Positions 33,951 through 43,368 of a stretch of 44,641 nt of DNA are shown here, in pieces. Source of the DNA: a virus (lineage: Duplodnaviria > Caudoviricetes); IMG/VR virus record IMGVR_UViG_3300020045_015756, positions 1-44,641 of that record. One strand, 5' to 3'. Position 1 is the stretch's first letter. Each line of letters opens with the position of its first letter. The translations under genes and the position numbers were made by a program. The notes under the pieces were generated by a model. That model saw nothing but the letters and a program-made list of their open reading frames with translations. It was not told the origin of the DNA and ran no database searches.

Positions 33951-34742
33951 ATGAGCTTTTTACCAGATAATTACCAAGCACCAAGAAGCAGTAACTATTA
34001 CATGAAGTTAGTAGAGGGAGAAAACAGAATCCGTATTATGTCTCGTCCGGTTCTCGGGTGGGAAGATTGGAAAGATAACAAGCCTGTTAGATTTACAATG
34101 GATAAGAAGCCAGCAAAGCCTTTCGATCCAAAGAAGCCAGTTAAACACTTCTGGGCTTTCGTTGTATTCAACCAAAACGAAGAACAGATACAAATCCTGC
34201 ATGTGACGCAGGCGTCAATTCGTAAGAGTATAGAGGCTTTGTGCAAGGACACTGACTGGGGTGACCCATATGCATATGATCTTAAGATTATGAAGACGGG
34301 AGAGGGTGTTGATACTGAATATGCAGTAAATCCTGTACCGCACAAACCTGTTGATCAATTCCTCATCACATGCTTTGACGAAAGGCCTTGTTACCTTGAA
34401 GCGTTGTTTGATAACGGGGATCCTTTTTCTCAAGAGTGGGGACCAGATAAGAGGACTCCTAGAGCTACCGGGTCTTCTGATTCAAAGGTGGTGAGTATAA
34501 AAGAGGAGAAGTCTTTCACATCTGCAGAGGCTTCTAAATTCGTTAATAAGAAGACCATAACTGAAAAAGAGGCTGCCGAGTTGGTGGCTGTGTTGAGTAA
34601 GTGTTCCGAGGAATATGTTCTTAGCGTTCATGATTTCATGAAGAAGCATGGGATTGCTCAGTACGGGGATCTGACAAGAGAAGTATATGATCGTATATTA
34701 GCTAAGGGTATAGAAGAAAAAAATAAACAGGAAAGGAAGTAG
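33951..34742 (+). CDS. Putative ssDNA-binding/annealing protein
   Basis: MSFLP...YMKL.EGENRIRI...WGDP..YD.KI...G.G..TEY; paired with YqaJ; AAGGA SD. Confidence 0.65.
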   Translation: MSFLPDNYQAPRSSNYYMKLVEGENRIRIMSRPVLGWEDWKDNKPVRFTMDKKPAKPFDPKKPVKHFWAFVVFNQNEEQIQILHVTQASIRKSIEALCKDTDWGDPYAYDLKIMKTGEGVDTEYAVNPVPHKPVDQFLITCFDERPCYLEALFDNGDPFSQEWGPDKRTPRATGSSDSKVVSIKEEKSFTSAEASKFVNKKTITEKEAAELVAVLSKCSEEYVLSVHDFMKKHGIAQYGDLTREVYDRILAKGIEEKNKQERK

Positions 34743-34744
34743 AT

Positions 34745-35620
34745 ATGCCATATGAGATTATCAATCTTGAACAAAGAAGTGATGAGTGGCTTAACTTTCG
34801 TAAGAAACATATTGGGGCCAGTGAGGCCCCAATTATTATGAAAGAGAGTCCGTGGAAGACGCCAAGAGACTTGTGGATGGAAAAGCTAGATCTTTCCCAA
34901 AAGCCATCGTACACAAGTAAGGCGATGCAAAGAGGAATAGACATGGAAGAGCAGGCCAGACAAAAGTATATTGAAATGACTGGAACTTATGTGTGCCCCC
35001 TAGTTGCAAGAAGCAAAGAATATCCATTTATGATTGCTAGTTATGACGGTGTTAGTGATGACAAGAAGAGAATTGTAGAGATCAAGTGTCCTGGCGAGGA
35101 AGATCATAGTAGGGCTAGAAATAACGAGATACCAAAAAAGTATATCTATCAGCTGATTCAACAGATGCTGGTGTTGGATGTCGATAGCGTTGATTATTTC
35201 AGCTATAGAGACCCTAATGATGTCGCTCTGCTACACCTAACAAGACAAGATGTTAAGGCGGAAATTAAGAAACTTATCCGTGAAGAACAGAAGTTTTGGG
35301 AGTGCTGTCAGAATTTAGAGGAACCTGACTTATTGCCACAAGACTTTACAGAAAAAGATGATGATCAATGGAGGGTCGCTGCCGCGGAGTATTTATCCAT
35401 TAAGGTTAGATTAAAGGAAATGGAGGAGCTTGAAACTGCTGCTAGAAATCATCTTATCCAGTTGAGCAATGGACAGAATTGTGAGGGGGGTGGGATTAGA
35501 TTAACTAAATACTTCCGCAAAGGAATGGTTGATTATAGTTCAATACCAGAATTAAAGTCGATTAATCTTGACAAATATCGTAAGGCTTCTATAGAATCAT
35601 GGAGGTTTGCTGAACTATAG
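34745..35620 (+). CDS. YqaJ / lambda-exonuclease family recombination nuclease
   Basis: QRSDEWL.FR...IGASE, RG...E, ASYDG, EIKCP and Y..Q...Q motifs. Confidence 0.92.
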   Translation: MPYEIINLEQRSDEWLNFRKKHIGASEAPIIMKESPWKTPRDLWMEKLDLSQKPSYTSKAMQRGIDMEEQARQKYIEMTGTYVCPLVARSKEYPFMIASYDGVSDDKKRIVEIKCPGEEDHSRARNNEIPKKYIYQLIQQMLVLDVDSVDYFSYRDPNDVALLHLTRQDVKAEIKKLIREEQKFWECCQNLEEPDLLPQDFTEKDDDQWRVAAAEYLSIKVRLKEMEELETAARNHLIQLSNGQNCEGGGIRLTKYFRKGMVDYSSIPELKSINLDKYRKASIESWRFAEL

Positions 35621-35631
35621 GAAAAAAAATC

Positions 35632-35826
35632 ATGCAACAGATGTTATTGTTTGAAGAGACATATGAAGAGAAGTTGTTAAAGCGCCTTGAAGAACTCGAA
35701 GATAAACTAGACAGGCAGAGAAAAAGTCAGTTTGCTAAGATAGGCGCTCTTTCTAAGAAATATGACGAAGCAATGTATGAATTGAACACGTTGAAGTCTG
35801 CTATGTGTCGTAGTAGTATTGCTTAG
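35632..35826 (+). CDS. Small coiled-coil protein
   Basis: AGGA SD; heptad pattern. Confidence 0.7.
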   Translation: MQQMLLFEETYEEKLLKRLEELEDKLDRQRKSQFAKIGALSKKYDEAMYELNTLKSAMCRSSIA

Positions 35827-36965
35827 TTAAACTCTGTAAATATTGCAATTCCGTTGGCCCCGCTACCGCCGGTCGCGCCGTTACTTGTATCAAGGGTTAC
35901 GGCACCACTACCGCCTCCACCATAAACCAATCCAGCGCTACCGTTTGATCGGGCAACAGAAACTGCAGTTACTGGAGCACCACCAAACCCCAGTATAGAA
36001 TCACCGCCTTTTCCTGAATATCCCCCACTTACTGCGGCCTGCCATCCAGGAACACCAGTCTGCCCTGCGCTTGATACTAAAACGGTTCCTGTTCCTGTTG
36101 TAACTGTCCCCCCAGCGCCACCAGCACCAAACTCAATAGCGCCTAAAGTGCCCTGTTTCTTAAGGCTTAAGGCTCCCCCGGCTGCCGTCCATGCGGCCGA
36201 TGTTGCTAGTGTTGTGTTTCCTCCGGCATTACCATCGTTACCTCCGGTGCCGCCGGCTCCACCAGCTCCAACGCTTCCGCTGAGGGAGGCTCCAACTTGG
36301 GCTGCTGTTAGAATAAATCTAGCGTAAGCGCCACCGCCGCCACCACCCGATGCTCCGGAAGTACCGCCCGTTCCAGCACCACCAGCACCACCACCAGCAC
36401 CAACTAATTCAACGATAACATATTTCATTCCAGATGTAGGTGTATAAGTGAATGCACCTGTTGAGGTAAACGCTTGTCCGGTTACTGCGGTAAAACTACC
36501 ACCGCTAGCTGCTATAGTAATACTGTTACTTCCTGGGGTTATTGTGATACCTGTACCAGCTGTCAAGCTAGCTGCCGCTGGTGCGCCTGCTGTAGATCCT
36601 ATAATCAATTGCCCATCTGTTGCCAGGGCCGTAACTACAGGCACGCCTGTTGAGTTGGTGGTGACAACGGCACGGTTAGCTGTTGCAAGACCAGAGACAA
36701 CGTTAGTGGCGCTGCTATAAAGAAGTTGACTAACGGTAGTTGTAAGTGGGTAGGTAGCTGTGCTGAATGCTGGGTCGGCGGCAGCTCCTGCTGATTGTAA
36801 AACTTGCCCTACTGTTGCTGTTGGTCCTACGTTTGTTAGGGTGCTGGATGTTGATCCACCAATTATAACAGCATGATTGGTTACTGCGGTTCCTGTAAAA
36901 GCGGTTCCTGTAAATCCGCATATACCTGTTGTCCCTTCATTAATTGCGTTAGCTGCTCCTGCCAT
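35823..36965 (-). CDS. Glycine-rich tail fibre-like protein
   Basis: YTPTSGMKYVIVELVGAGGG followed by Gly-rich repeats. Confidence 0.75.
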   Translation of the reverse strand: MAGAANAINEGTTGICGFTGTAFTGTAVTNHAVIIGGSTSSTLTNVGPTATVGQVLQSAGAAADPAFSTATYPLTTTVSQLLYSSATNVVSGLATANRAVVTTNSTGVPVVTALATDGQLIIGSTAGAPAAASLTAGTGITITPGSNSITIAASGGSFTAVTGQAFTSTGAFTYTPTSGMKYVIVELVGAGGGAGGAGTGGTSGASGGGGGGAYARFILTAAQVGASLSGSVGAGGAGGTGGNDGNAGGNTTLATSAAWTAAGGALSLKKQGTLGAIEFGAGGAGGTVTTGTGTVLVSSAGQTGVPGWQAAVSGGYSGKGGDSILGFGGAPVTAVSVARSNGSAGLVYGGGGSGAVTLDTSNGATGGSGANGIAIFTEFN

Positions 36966-36968
36966 TTT

Positions 36969-37457
36969 TTACTCCTTTTTTATTTTCCCAAAACCATCTT
37001 TTGGCCTCATCCCAAGTGAAATTTCCATTTTTCTTTCAACCCACATATGACAGCGAGCGCACAAAGTGATTCCGTTACTTATATCAAATCTTCTTTCTTT
37101 GTTGTCTTTCCAAGACTCAACGTGGTGAGCGTTTAACTTATCTTGCCTTCCACAACCTTTACATGTAAAACCATCTCGCCTCTTAACGTCAAGTGCCCAT
37201 TGTGATCTTTTCAAGGCCATTGGGTGTTCACTGAAAATACGTGAAGACTTTTTTGTATACCTGGGTGTTGTTCTTGGTTCTACACCTTTTTTCCCCTTAA
37301 TCCAGGGAATGTGGCCTTTTTTAAATCTTCCTGTATTTACTTTTCCTGTTCTATATTGAGCCGCATAACAGGCTTTGCAAGTATGTGAAAACCAAATTTG
37401 CCTTTTTCTAAATTTATCTAATTCTTTATCTTCTAAACAAATTATACATTTTCTCAT
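36969..37457 (-). CDS. HNH homing endonuclease with a Zn finger and NUMOD-like motif
   Basis: RDGFTCKGC..LNAHH..NGITLCARCH; FKKGHIPW.KG. Confidence 0.85.
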   Translation of the reverse strand: MRKCIICLEDKELDKFRKRQIWFSHTCKACYAAQYRTGKVNTGRFKKGHIPWIKGKKGVEPRTTPRYTKKSSRIFSEHPMALKRSQWALDVKRRDGFTCKGCGRQDKLNAHHVESWKDNKERRFDISNGITLCARCHMWVERKMEISLGMRPKDGFGKIKKE

Positions 37458-37513
37458 TTTACACCTCACATATCTATGTGAAGTATATCAAACAGTCCAA
37501 TTACCGTCCACAA

Positions 37514-38365
37514 TCACGCGAGGGTCCATGTTCCTATTACAGAATCTGCGCGCCAGACGGTGCTAGCTCCTGCTGTTATACAGATTAACTCTATACAATC
37601 TCCGACATTATTTGCGGTAGCAGTTCCTGTAACGCCAACGCTTCCAGATGCTGATCCTATAAGGATTTGTTGGTTAGCATTTGGTGTGATAGTGGCAAGA
37701 CCAAGTTTTCCAACGATCTTAATGATATCTCCTAAGGTTCCCGATGCTGGAAGGGTATATGTAACACCGCCACCACGGTCTGTAACATATCCTGTTTGTG
37801 CCAACAGTGCTTGTGTAGCTCCTGTGGCATCTACCCATGTAAAACCACCAGATGTGATAGAAACAAATCCTGTAGAAGCAACTGAAAACTGTGAGGAGTT
37901 AAAGTGTGAAACACCATTTTTTGTTGTATCTGCAGCTGCGGATGAGTCGGATCGTTGTATTTGAATAGCAAAAGAGTTGGCAGCAACAGAGTGTGTCTGT
38001 ATGACATTAGCAAGGGACGCATTAACAACTTGTCCCCCTGTGATAGTAATATTCCCCCCAACTGTTGGAAGAACAGGGTTGGTTCCTGGTACTGTACTAT
38101 TATCAACCGTAATCTGTTCAATCGGCTGAGTTCCTCCTGTAGTTTCGATGGTGATGTTTGGCGAAGAATAACCTACTGTTAAAGTGGTGGAGGTGATGTT
38201 TCCAACGTTGATATGCGTTCCGCCAGCATTTAAAGCTGTAGATCCTATCCACAGTTGACCGTTTGTTATTAAACCATTATTTTCTGAAGATGCTGCATTA
38301 GGTCCGTCAGACTGGGTATAGTCCGCATTCTTTGCGACTAAGGTACCATTTTTAAAACCACCCAT
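37514..38365 (-). CDS. Tail fibre/structural protein (283 aa)
   Basis: GQLWIGST motif, also seen in the neighbouring fibre; TLPA...GDII C-terminal domain. Confidence 0.7.
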   Translation of the reverse strand: MGGFKNGTLVAKNADYTQSDGPNAASSENNGLITNGQLWIGSTALNAGGTHINVGNITSTTLTVGYSSPNITIETTGGTQPIEQITVDNSTVPGTNPVLPTVGGNITITGGQVVNASLANVIQTHSVAANSFAIQIQRSDSSAAADTTKNGVSHFNSSQFSVASTGFVSITSGGFTWVDATGATQALLAQTGYVTDRGGGVTYTLPASGTLGDIIKIVGKLGLATITPNANQQILIGSASGSVGVTGTATANNVGDCIELICITAGASTVWRADSVIGTWTLA

Positions 38366-38368
38366 TCT

Positions 38369-38929
38369 TTATGCTCCTATAAATGTGTATAGACCAACTG
38401 ATCCCCAATTGATTGTCTGTGCTAGGTATCCGGTTCCTCGTAATATTACACTAGCTCCTGATACAACAACGGCTAGATCAACACCAGACATGGCTCCCTC
38501 TTCATTGTTAATTTCATCGAAGGCGTCGCAGATATTAGAGTTAACGCCATCGAAACGAATGGCGCCAAAGAAACTATATCCAGCACCTAACAAGCTCGTT
38601 GTGTTGTATGCTGATGTACGGTATTCGAGGGCATATGTACCAACAACGGTTGGTATGAATGTTATGATATCTGCCGTTCCAGCCCCTACACTTGTTGCGC
38701 TTCCCTGTAGTCTATTAGTAAGAACGATATCCATCTCATTAGATGTTCCTGTTCCTACCACACCACCTTTTGTTATGATACCGTTTGCGTTATCCTGTGT
38801 AGAATCTTTACCATTTACCAACAGAATATTAAGAGCTGGTACAGCCGTTCCGTTGTCGGTAACGAAATCTGTAGGAACTGCTGGTGGTGGTGGTCCTCCT
38901 GATGTGCTTATAATTCCTGCTTGGCTCAC
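38369..38929 (-). CDS. Virion structural protein (186 aa)
   Basis: AGGAG SD with GTG start; FVTDNGTAVP. Confidence 0.7.
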   Translation of the reverse strand: MSQAGIISTSGGPPPPAVPTDFVTDNGTAVPALNILLVNGKDSTQDNANGIITKGGVVGTGTSNEMDIVLTNRLQGSATSVGAGTADIITFIPTVVGTYALEYRTSAYNTTSLLGAGYSFFGAIRFDGVNSNICDAFDEINNEEGAMSGVDLAVVVSGASVILRGTGYLAQTINWGSVGLYTFIGA

Positions 38930-38931
38930 CT

Positions 38932-39264
38932 TTACTCCTGAATGATATATTGAGTAACTAAATACACACTGCCAGTTCCAGCGCTGCCTTTAACCATTAT
39001 TTGTGTGCCTGCTGGAAGAGCGGGAGCACCAGCATTTAATCCTGCTTTTCCCTCATCATATAACCAAAAAGACGATGCTGGGCAGACATCAACATCATTA
39101 ATACCGTCTATAGAAATTGTAATTAGAACAGTGGAGTTATTCACCATTTTGCAAATATAGGAGGGATTGGCTAAAGGAGTTCCAAGTGCTTGATAAGAAC
39201 CCGTGAAGGTTGCTGAATCAATACTTCTTAGAGTTTCCCAAGCAAGTCTTTGTGTATAGGACAT
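38932..39264 (-). CDS. Small virion structural protein (110 aa)
   Basis: GGAGG SD; a second allele is at the window start. Confidence 0.8.
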   Translation of the reverse strand: MSYTQRLAWETLRSIDSATFTGSYQALGTPLANPSYICKMVNNSTVLITISIDGINDVDVCPASSFWLYDEGKAGLNAGAPALPAGTQIMVKGSAGTGSVYLVTQYIIQE

Positions 39265-39276
39265 TAATTCCCTCCA

Positions 39277-41868
39277 TTAAGCTGTGAGTACCCAGAAATT
39301 AACAGCAACGTTACCGTTAAGAGCTGCGGCGCCGTTATTTTGACATGTAACAGTTAAGGAACCGGCAGCTCTTGTCACGCGTGTTACTGTCATTTGTGCA
39401 TCGTTAGCGCCTTCATTGCATACTGTTACAAGGACGCATGATGATGTAGTTACAATACTGTTTGTGATCACAAATGCCTGAGAGGCGGCCGCTGCTGTCG
39501 TAAACCCTGTGAATGTTGCTCTACCAACGTTAGCGTTAATCTCAGCAGTTGCCGACGGGCTTGCTTCCGTGTCTGTGGCAGCAACCACAGTTGCAAAACC
39601 AGCAGAACTGATGTCTACTGATCCACCACCTGTTGTAAGGTCAATACCGCCAGCTGCATTAGATGCTGTTAATACGATTGCATTAGCAACGGCTTCTGTT
39701 GCTGTAATGTTAACAGAGCCACCCGTGTTGATGATGTCAATGTCTAGACCCGCACCTGCACCAGGAGCTAAGATATCAATCCCCCCCGCTGAACTGGATA
39801 GTACGATAGAGTCTGCTATTGCTTCTGTAGCTACTACAACAACAGAACCACCCGTGTTTGTAATATTGATATCTTCTGTAGCTGCACCGACGGCATCAAT
39901 GTCTATACCGCCTGCTGAAGCTACGATACGAACAGCGTCAACAGCATTCTGTGAAGAGGCAATATTAACTTGTAAAGCACCATCGATATCGACACCACCA
40001 GCTGCGGCAGTAAGATTAATAGCGTCAGCTGTCGCAAGACCTCCAGAGATTGTAACCCCCCCAGCTGTGGAACTAATGCCGATAGATGCTGCTCCTGTAC
40101 CCTGAGAGGCGGTCAGCGTTAGAGTTTCTGATGTGCCACCGTTTGTGGTGAGAGATATAGCACCTGCTGTGTCTTCATCAGAGTTAACCTTAACAGAACC
40201 ACCTGAAGATGAAAGTGTTAGATCTATACCAGCGCCTGTAACAGTGACGTTAGAGGCAGCAGCGCCATCAATAGAGAATGCGCCTGTTGTGTCTATTGCA
40301 ATACCAGCTGTACCAGCATCTACGTCTATACCACCACCAGCATCATCGGCCTGAATTCTCACCGCGTCTGCAGCAGCTTCACCACCAGTTAACACAAGTC
40401 TTCCTGCTGAGCTATCCAGTGTTAAGTCGATTCCTGCACCAGAAACGGCTACATTGGAAGCAGCGGCTCCATCAATAGAGAAAGCACCGGTTGTATCTAC
40501 TGCAATACCTGCTGTGCCAGCATCGATATCGATACCACCACCAGCATTAGATGTTACTAAATTGATAGCATCAGCTGTTGCAAGACCAGCTGTTAGAGTA
40601 ATACCGCCCACGTCTGAAAGAACATCGATAGAAGTGACACTTGTACCTTGGTCTGCTCTTAAACGAATTGTTTCTGATGTACCACCATTAGCGTGTAGAT
40701 AAACAGCTAAAGCAGCATCCTCTGTTGATTCAATGTTAACTGATGACCCTGTAGCTATGATATCAATATCTTCCCCAGCTGCTGCACCAGACGCTAGGAT
40801 GTCAATACCTCCTGCACTAGACGTAATGACGATAGAATCGGCTGCGTTTTGTGAAGAAGCAATATTAACCTGACCCGCTGCATCAACATCAACACCACCT
40901 GATGAGTCTATATTAATAGCATCTGCTACCGCTTCACCGGCATTAAGAACGATAGAACCTGCTGTGTTTACAATATCAATATCTTCTGTTGCAGCACCAG
41001 CCGCCGTGATATCGATACCGCCAGCTGTACTTGTGATGGTGATAGAATCAGCTGCGTTTTCTGTTGCACTAATATTTACACTAGATCCGGTTGCAACGAT
41101 ATCAATGTCCTCACCAGCAGATGCGCCAGACGCTAGAATGTCGATACCTCCTAATGTAGCTTCTAATAAGATAGCTTGAGCGTTATTTCTTGTTGATGTG
41201 ATGCTTGCAAGTAAAGCTACATCAACATCAAGACCACCCGATGTAGCGTTAAGGTCGATTGCGTCTGATGCAGCTTCTCCGGCATTTACTACCAAGCTAC
41301 CAGCTGTAGAAGCTAGTGTCAGGTCTATAGCACCTGTGAGTGTAATGTTAGAAGCCGATGTCGCACCAAGACTTACTGTGCCGCCACTTGTTGTTAAAGA
41401 GGTGAAGGAAGCGGCTGCTGGTGTTGTTCCTCCAATGACAGGGGGTGTAGCAAGCAGGCTTGCAGTCTTTGACGGAGACATCCCAACTGTATCATCTACA
41501 GCGGCTTGTGCCTCAGCAACTGTTGCTCTTCTGAGGATACCTTTTGTTACTTCAGACCAGTCTGGAGCGCCAGCGATAGCAACTAAGGCAACCTTTGCAG
41601 GTGTCATGATAGTTGTATCATCTGTTCCGGCAGTTGCCTCAGCAGCAGTCGCAATTTCAGCTATACCAGCAACAGTTTCAGTAGCCTGTACGTTACCCCC
41701 CTGCGCCCAAGTAGTTCCATTAAACACATACTGAGCAGGTGGACTTTGAGAGGTATCAAAATACATTTGTCCCAACTGACCAATAAAGGTAGAGGGTGGT
41801 GCTCCTACACCCGTTAGTGCGCCTTGAGGTACGTTGATTAAACCACCTATTCCATATGCTACTGGCAT
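39277..41868 (-). CDS. Tail fibre / adhesin, allele B (863 aa, acidic GGIDI repeats)
   Basis: Same N-terminus as allele A; 68-aa and 113-aa duplications. Confidence 0.8.
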   Translation of the reverse strand: MPVAYGIGGLINVPQGALTGVGAPPSTFIGQLGQMYFDTSQSPPAQYVFNGTTWAQGGNVQATETVAGIAEIATAAEATAGTDDTTIMTPAKVALVAIAGAPDWSEVTKGILRRATVAEAQAAVDDTVGMSPSKTASLLATPPVIGGTTPAAASFTSLTTSGGTVSLGATSASNITLTGAIDLTLASTAGSLVVNAGEAASDAIDLNATSGGLDVDVALLASITSTRNNAQAILLEATLGGIDILASGASAGEDIDIVATGSSVNISATENAADSITITSTAGGIDITAAGAATEDIDIVNTAGSIVLNAGEAVADAINIDSSGGVDVDAAGQVNIASSQNAADSIVITSSAGGIDILASGAAAGEDIDIIATGSSVNIESTEDAALAVYLHANGGTSETIRLRADQGTSVTSIDVLSDVGGITLTAGLATADAINLVTSNAGGGIDIDAGTAGIAVDTTGAFSIDGAAASNVAVSGAGIDLTLDSSAGRLVLTGGEAAADAVRIQADDAGGGIDVDAGTAGIAIDTTGAFSIDGAAASNVTVTGAGIDLTLSSSGGSVKVNSDEDTAGAISLTTNGGTSETLTLTASQGTGAASIGISSTAGGVTISGGLATADAINLTAAAGGVDIDGALQVNIASSQNAVDAVRIVASAGGIDIDAVGAATEDINITNTGGSVVVVATEAIADSIVLSSSAGGIDILAPGAGAGLDIDIINTGGSVNITATEAVANAIVLTASNAAGGIDLTTGGGSVDISSAGFATVVAATDTEASPSATAEINANVGRATFTGFTTAAAASQAFVITNSIVTTSSCVLVTVCNEGANDAQMTVTRVTRAAGSLTVTCQNNGAAALNGNVAVNFWVLTA

Positions 41869-41954
41869 GGCCGACTCCTTTATTAGCCTTAAAAATTTTA
41901 CAATGCATCAAATAGGCCTAATAGTCAAACAAATAATTTAACGATTCACAGCTG

Positions 41955-41982
41955 TTGACAAAAAATCACACGGTGATATAAC
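41955..41982 (+). promoter_or_regulatory. Sigma70-type promoter (copy B)
   Basis: TTGACA-16 nt-TATAAC with TG. Confidence 0.65.
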
Positions 41983-42009
41983 ATAAATATCAAACAATGA
42001 GTGGTTTAT

Positions 42010-42261
42010 ATGATGAAGAAAAGTTTACGGTTTTTTACACCCAAAGAGCTAGCTAGCATGTTGAATGTGCATCCTAATACGATTTACAATAGTATTAAGT
42101 CTGGAAGGATTCACGCATGTAGAATTGGGGGAGGTAAGAAAGGCTCTTATAGAATATATGAAAATGATATAGAAAGGCTTATTGAGAACGACTCAAGGGA
42201 GATAATCGAGAAAATAATACAAAATAGAGTAGAAGAAGAACTAAAGAAGAGAGGGGGATAG
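42010..42261 (+). CDS. Excisionase/MerR-like HTH protein (copy B)
   Basis: Identical protein to 3471-3722. Confidence 0.85.
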   Translation: MMKKSLRFFTPKELASMLNVHPNTIYNSIKSGRIHACRIGGGKKGSYRIYENDIERLIENDSREIIEKIIQNRVEEELKKRGG

Positions 42262-42262
42262 G

Positions 42263-42541
42263 ATGGAACAAATAATTATAGATTATCTCAAATCTATGGA
42301 TATAGCACAGTTATTGGCTACGGGACTAATGTTCTGGTTTTTTTATAGGCGTTTAAATTCAAAGATAGACCGTTCAAATGGTAAGATAGACGGATTAAAT
42401 ACTAAATTAGAAACGGGATTTAAAGAATTGGGTGAAAAGATCCATACCATCGACATCAGACTGTCAAGGATTGAAGGAATCTTGCACGCCCAAGATTGCT
42501 GTGCAATTAAAGCGTCTAATGACATAAGAAAGGCGGAATAA
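42263..42541 (+). CDS. Single-TM coiled-coil protein (92 aa)
   Basis: TM segment, KID repeats, IDIRLSRIEG. Confidence 0.75.
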   Translation: MEQIIIDYLKSMDIAQLLATGLMFWFFYRRLNSKIDRSNGKIDGLNTKLETGFKELGEKIHTIDIRLSRIEGILHAQDCCAIKASNDIRKAE

Positions 42542-42542
42542 A

Positions 42543-42728
42543 ATGGAAAAACAAAGTTTTTTAAAGAATCATGCCGATACGTTGGCTATAATGGGACTCA
42601 ATTTGGCGATAGCTGCTATACTCATTGGTATGTGGACAGCTAATACAGCAAGAATTGATGCAGCTAACGCTAGAACAGATCAGTTATATCAGACACTAAT
42701 TGATATTGTTAATCAGGGAAGAAAGTAG
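42543..42728 (+). CDS. Single-TM coiled-coil protein (61 aa)
   Basis: Paralogue of 43038-43289. Confidence 0.75.
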   Translation: MEKQSFLKNHADTLAIMGLNLAIAAILIGMWTANTARIDAANARTDQLYQTLIDIVNQGRK

Positions 42729-42795
42729 GTGGGGACATTCATTAAAATAATACAAAATAGAGTAGAAGAAGAACTAAAAAAAAGAGGAGAATAGG

Positions 42796-42873
42796 ATGAA
42801 TGTAGTTTTAGGGTTTATTGCCATGTTCATGGCTATTAGTGGTGTTTACTGGAGCATTCCCCATGGAAAATAA
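42796..42873 (+). CDS. 25-aa hydrophobic micropeptide (copy B)
   Basis: MNVVLGFIAMFMAISGVYWSIPHGK. Confidence 0.6.
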   Translation: MNVVLGFIAMFMAISGVYWSIPHGK

Positions 42874-43036
42874 AATAAAAAGAATAGATTGGGAGAAGAT
42901 ATCAGTTTATTTCACTGCATTAGCTATATTGATAACCATTATGGTATTCTTAAATCAATTCCAGAGAGACATTATGGATATTGTAGAGAGAATAGCGGTT
43001 TTAGAAACAAAAACGGAAGAAAGGAATGGGAAATAA
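42863..43036 (+). CDS. Single-TM coiled-coil protein (allele of 3791-3961)
   Basis: Near-identical except for the C-terminus. Confidence 0.7.
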   Translation: MENKIKRIDWEKISVYFTALAILITIMVFLNQFQRDIMDIVERIAVLETKTEERNGK

Positions 43037-43037
43037 A

Positions 43038-43289
43038 ATGGAAAAACAAAGTTTTTTAAAGAATCATGCTGACACAATGGCCATTATGGGACTTAATTTA
43101 GCAATAGCCGCTATACTTATTAGCATGTGGACAGCCAATACATCTAGGGTAGATGCATGTAATGCTAGAATAGATGCAACAAATCTTGCTTGGGAACAAG
43201 AGAGAATTGCTTTTTATCAAGCATGGAAAGAAGAAAGCAAAGACTTTCATGGGCGTTTATGTGCTATAGAAGAAGGGAGAAAGAAATAA
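43038..43289 (+). CDS. Single-TM coiled-coil protein with DFHGRLCAIEE tail
   Basis: N-terminal half resembles 42543-42728; C-terminal tail resembles 22517-22717. Confidence 0.75.
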   Translation: MEKQSFLKNHADTMAIMGLNLAIAAILISMWTANTSRVDACNARIDATNLAWEQERIAFYQAWKEESKDFHGRLCAIEEGRKK

Positions 43290-43290
43290 A

Positions 43291-43368
43291 ATGAGTTTTA
43301 TTATTGCATTTGGATGGACATTTATTGTAGCGGCACCCCTGATGATTATAGCTGCGTGGCTAGACTAA
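43291..43368 (+). CDS. 25-aa hydrophobic micropeptide
   Basis: MSFIIAFGWTFIVAAPLMIIAAWLD; its stop overlaps the convergent ejection gene stop. Confidence 0.5.
   Translation: MSFIIAFGWTFIVAAPLMIIAAWLD

Larger units (their letters stand above)
42211..42798 (+). repeat. 55-bp direct repeats (42211-42265 and 42744-42798) flanking a 533-bp two-gene insertion
   Basis: 51/55 identical; allele A has a single copy at 3672-3726. Confidence 0.9.

Noticed and set aside
486-41868. Invertase shufflon or diversity-generating retroelement acting on the fibres
   Set aside because: The copies are in direct orientation; no recombinase, reverse transcriptase or adenine-specific TR/VR pair was found.
39277-41868. 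Chlamydial Pmp autotransporter (GGAI/FxxN repeats)
   Set aside because: Repeats are GGIDI without FxxN; no signal peptide or beta-barrel; the context is a phage tail operon.
42211-42798. CRISPR array or integron attC sites
   Set aside because: Only two non-palindromic 55-bp repeats derived from coding sequence; no cas or intI gene.
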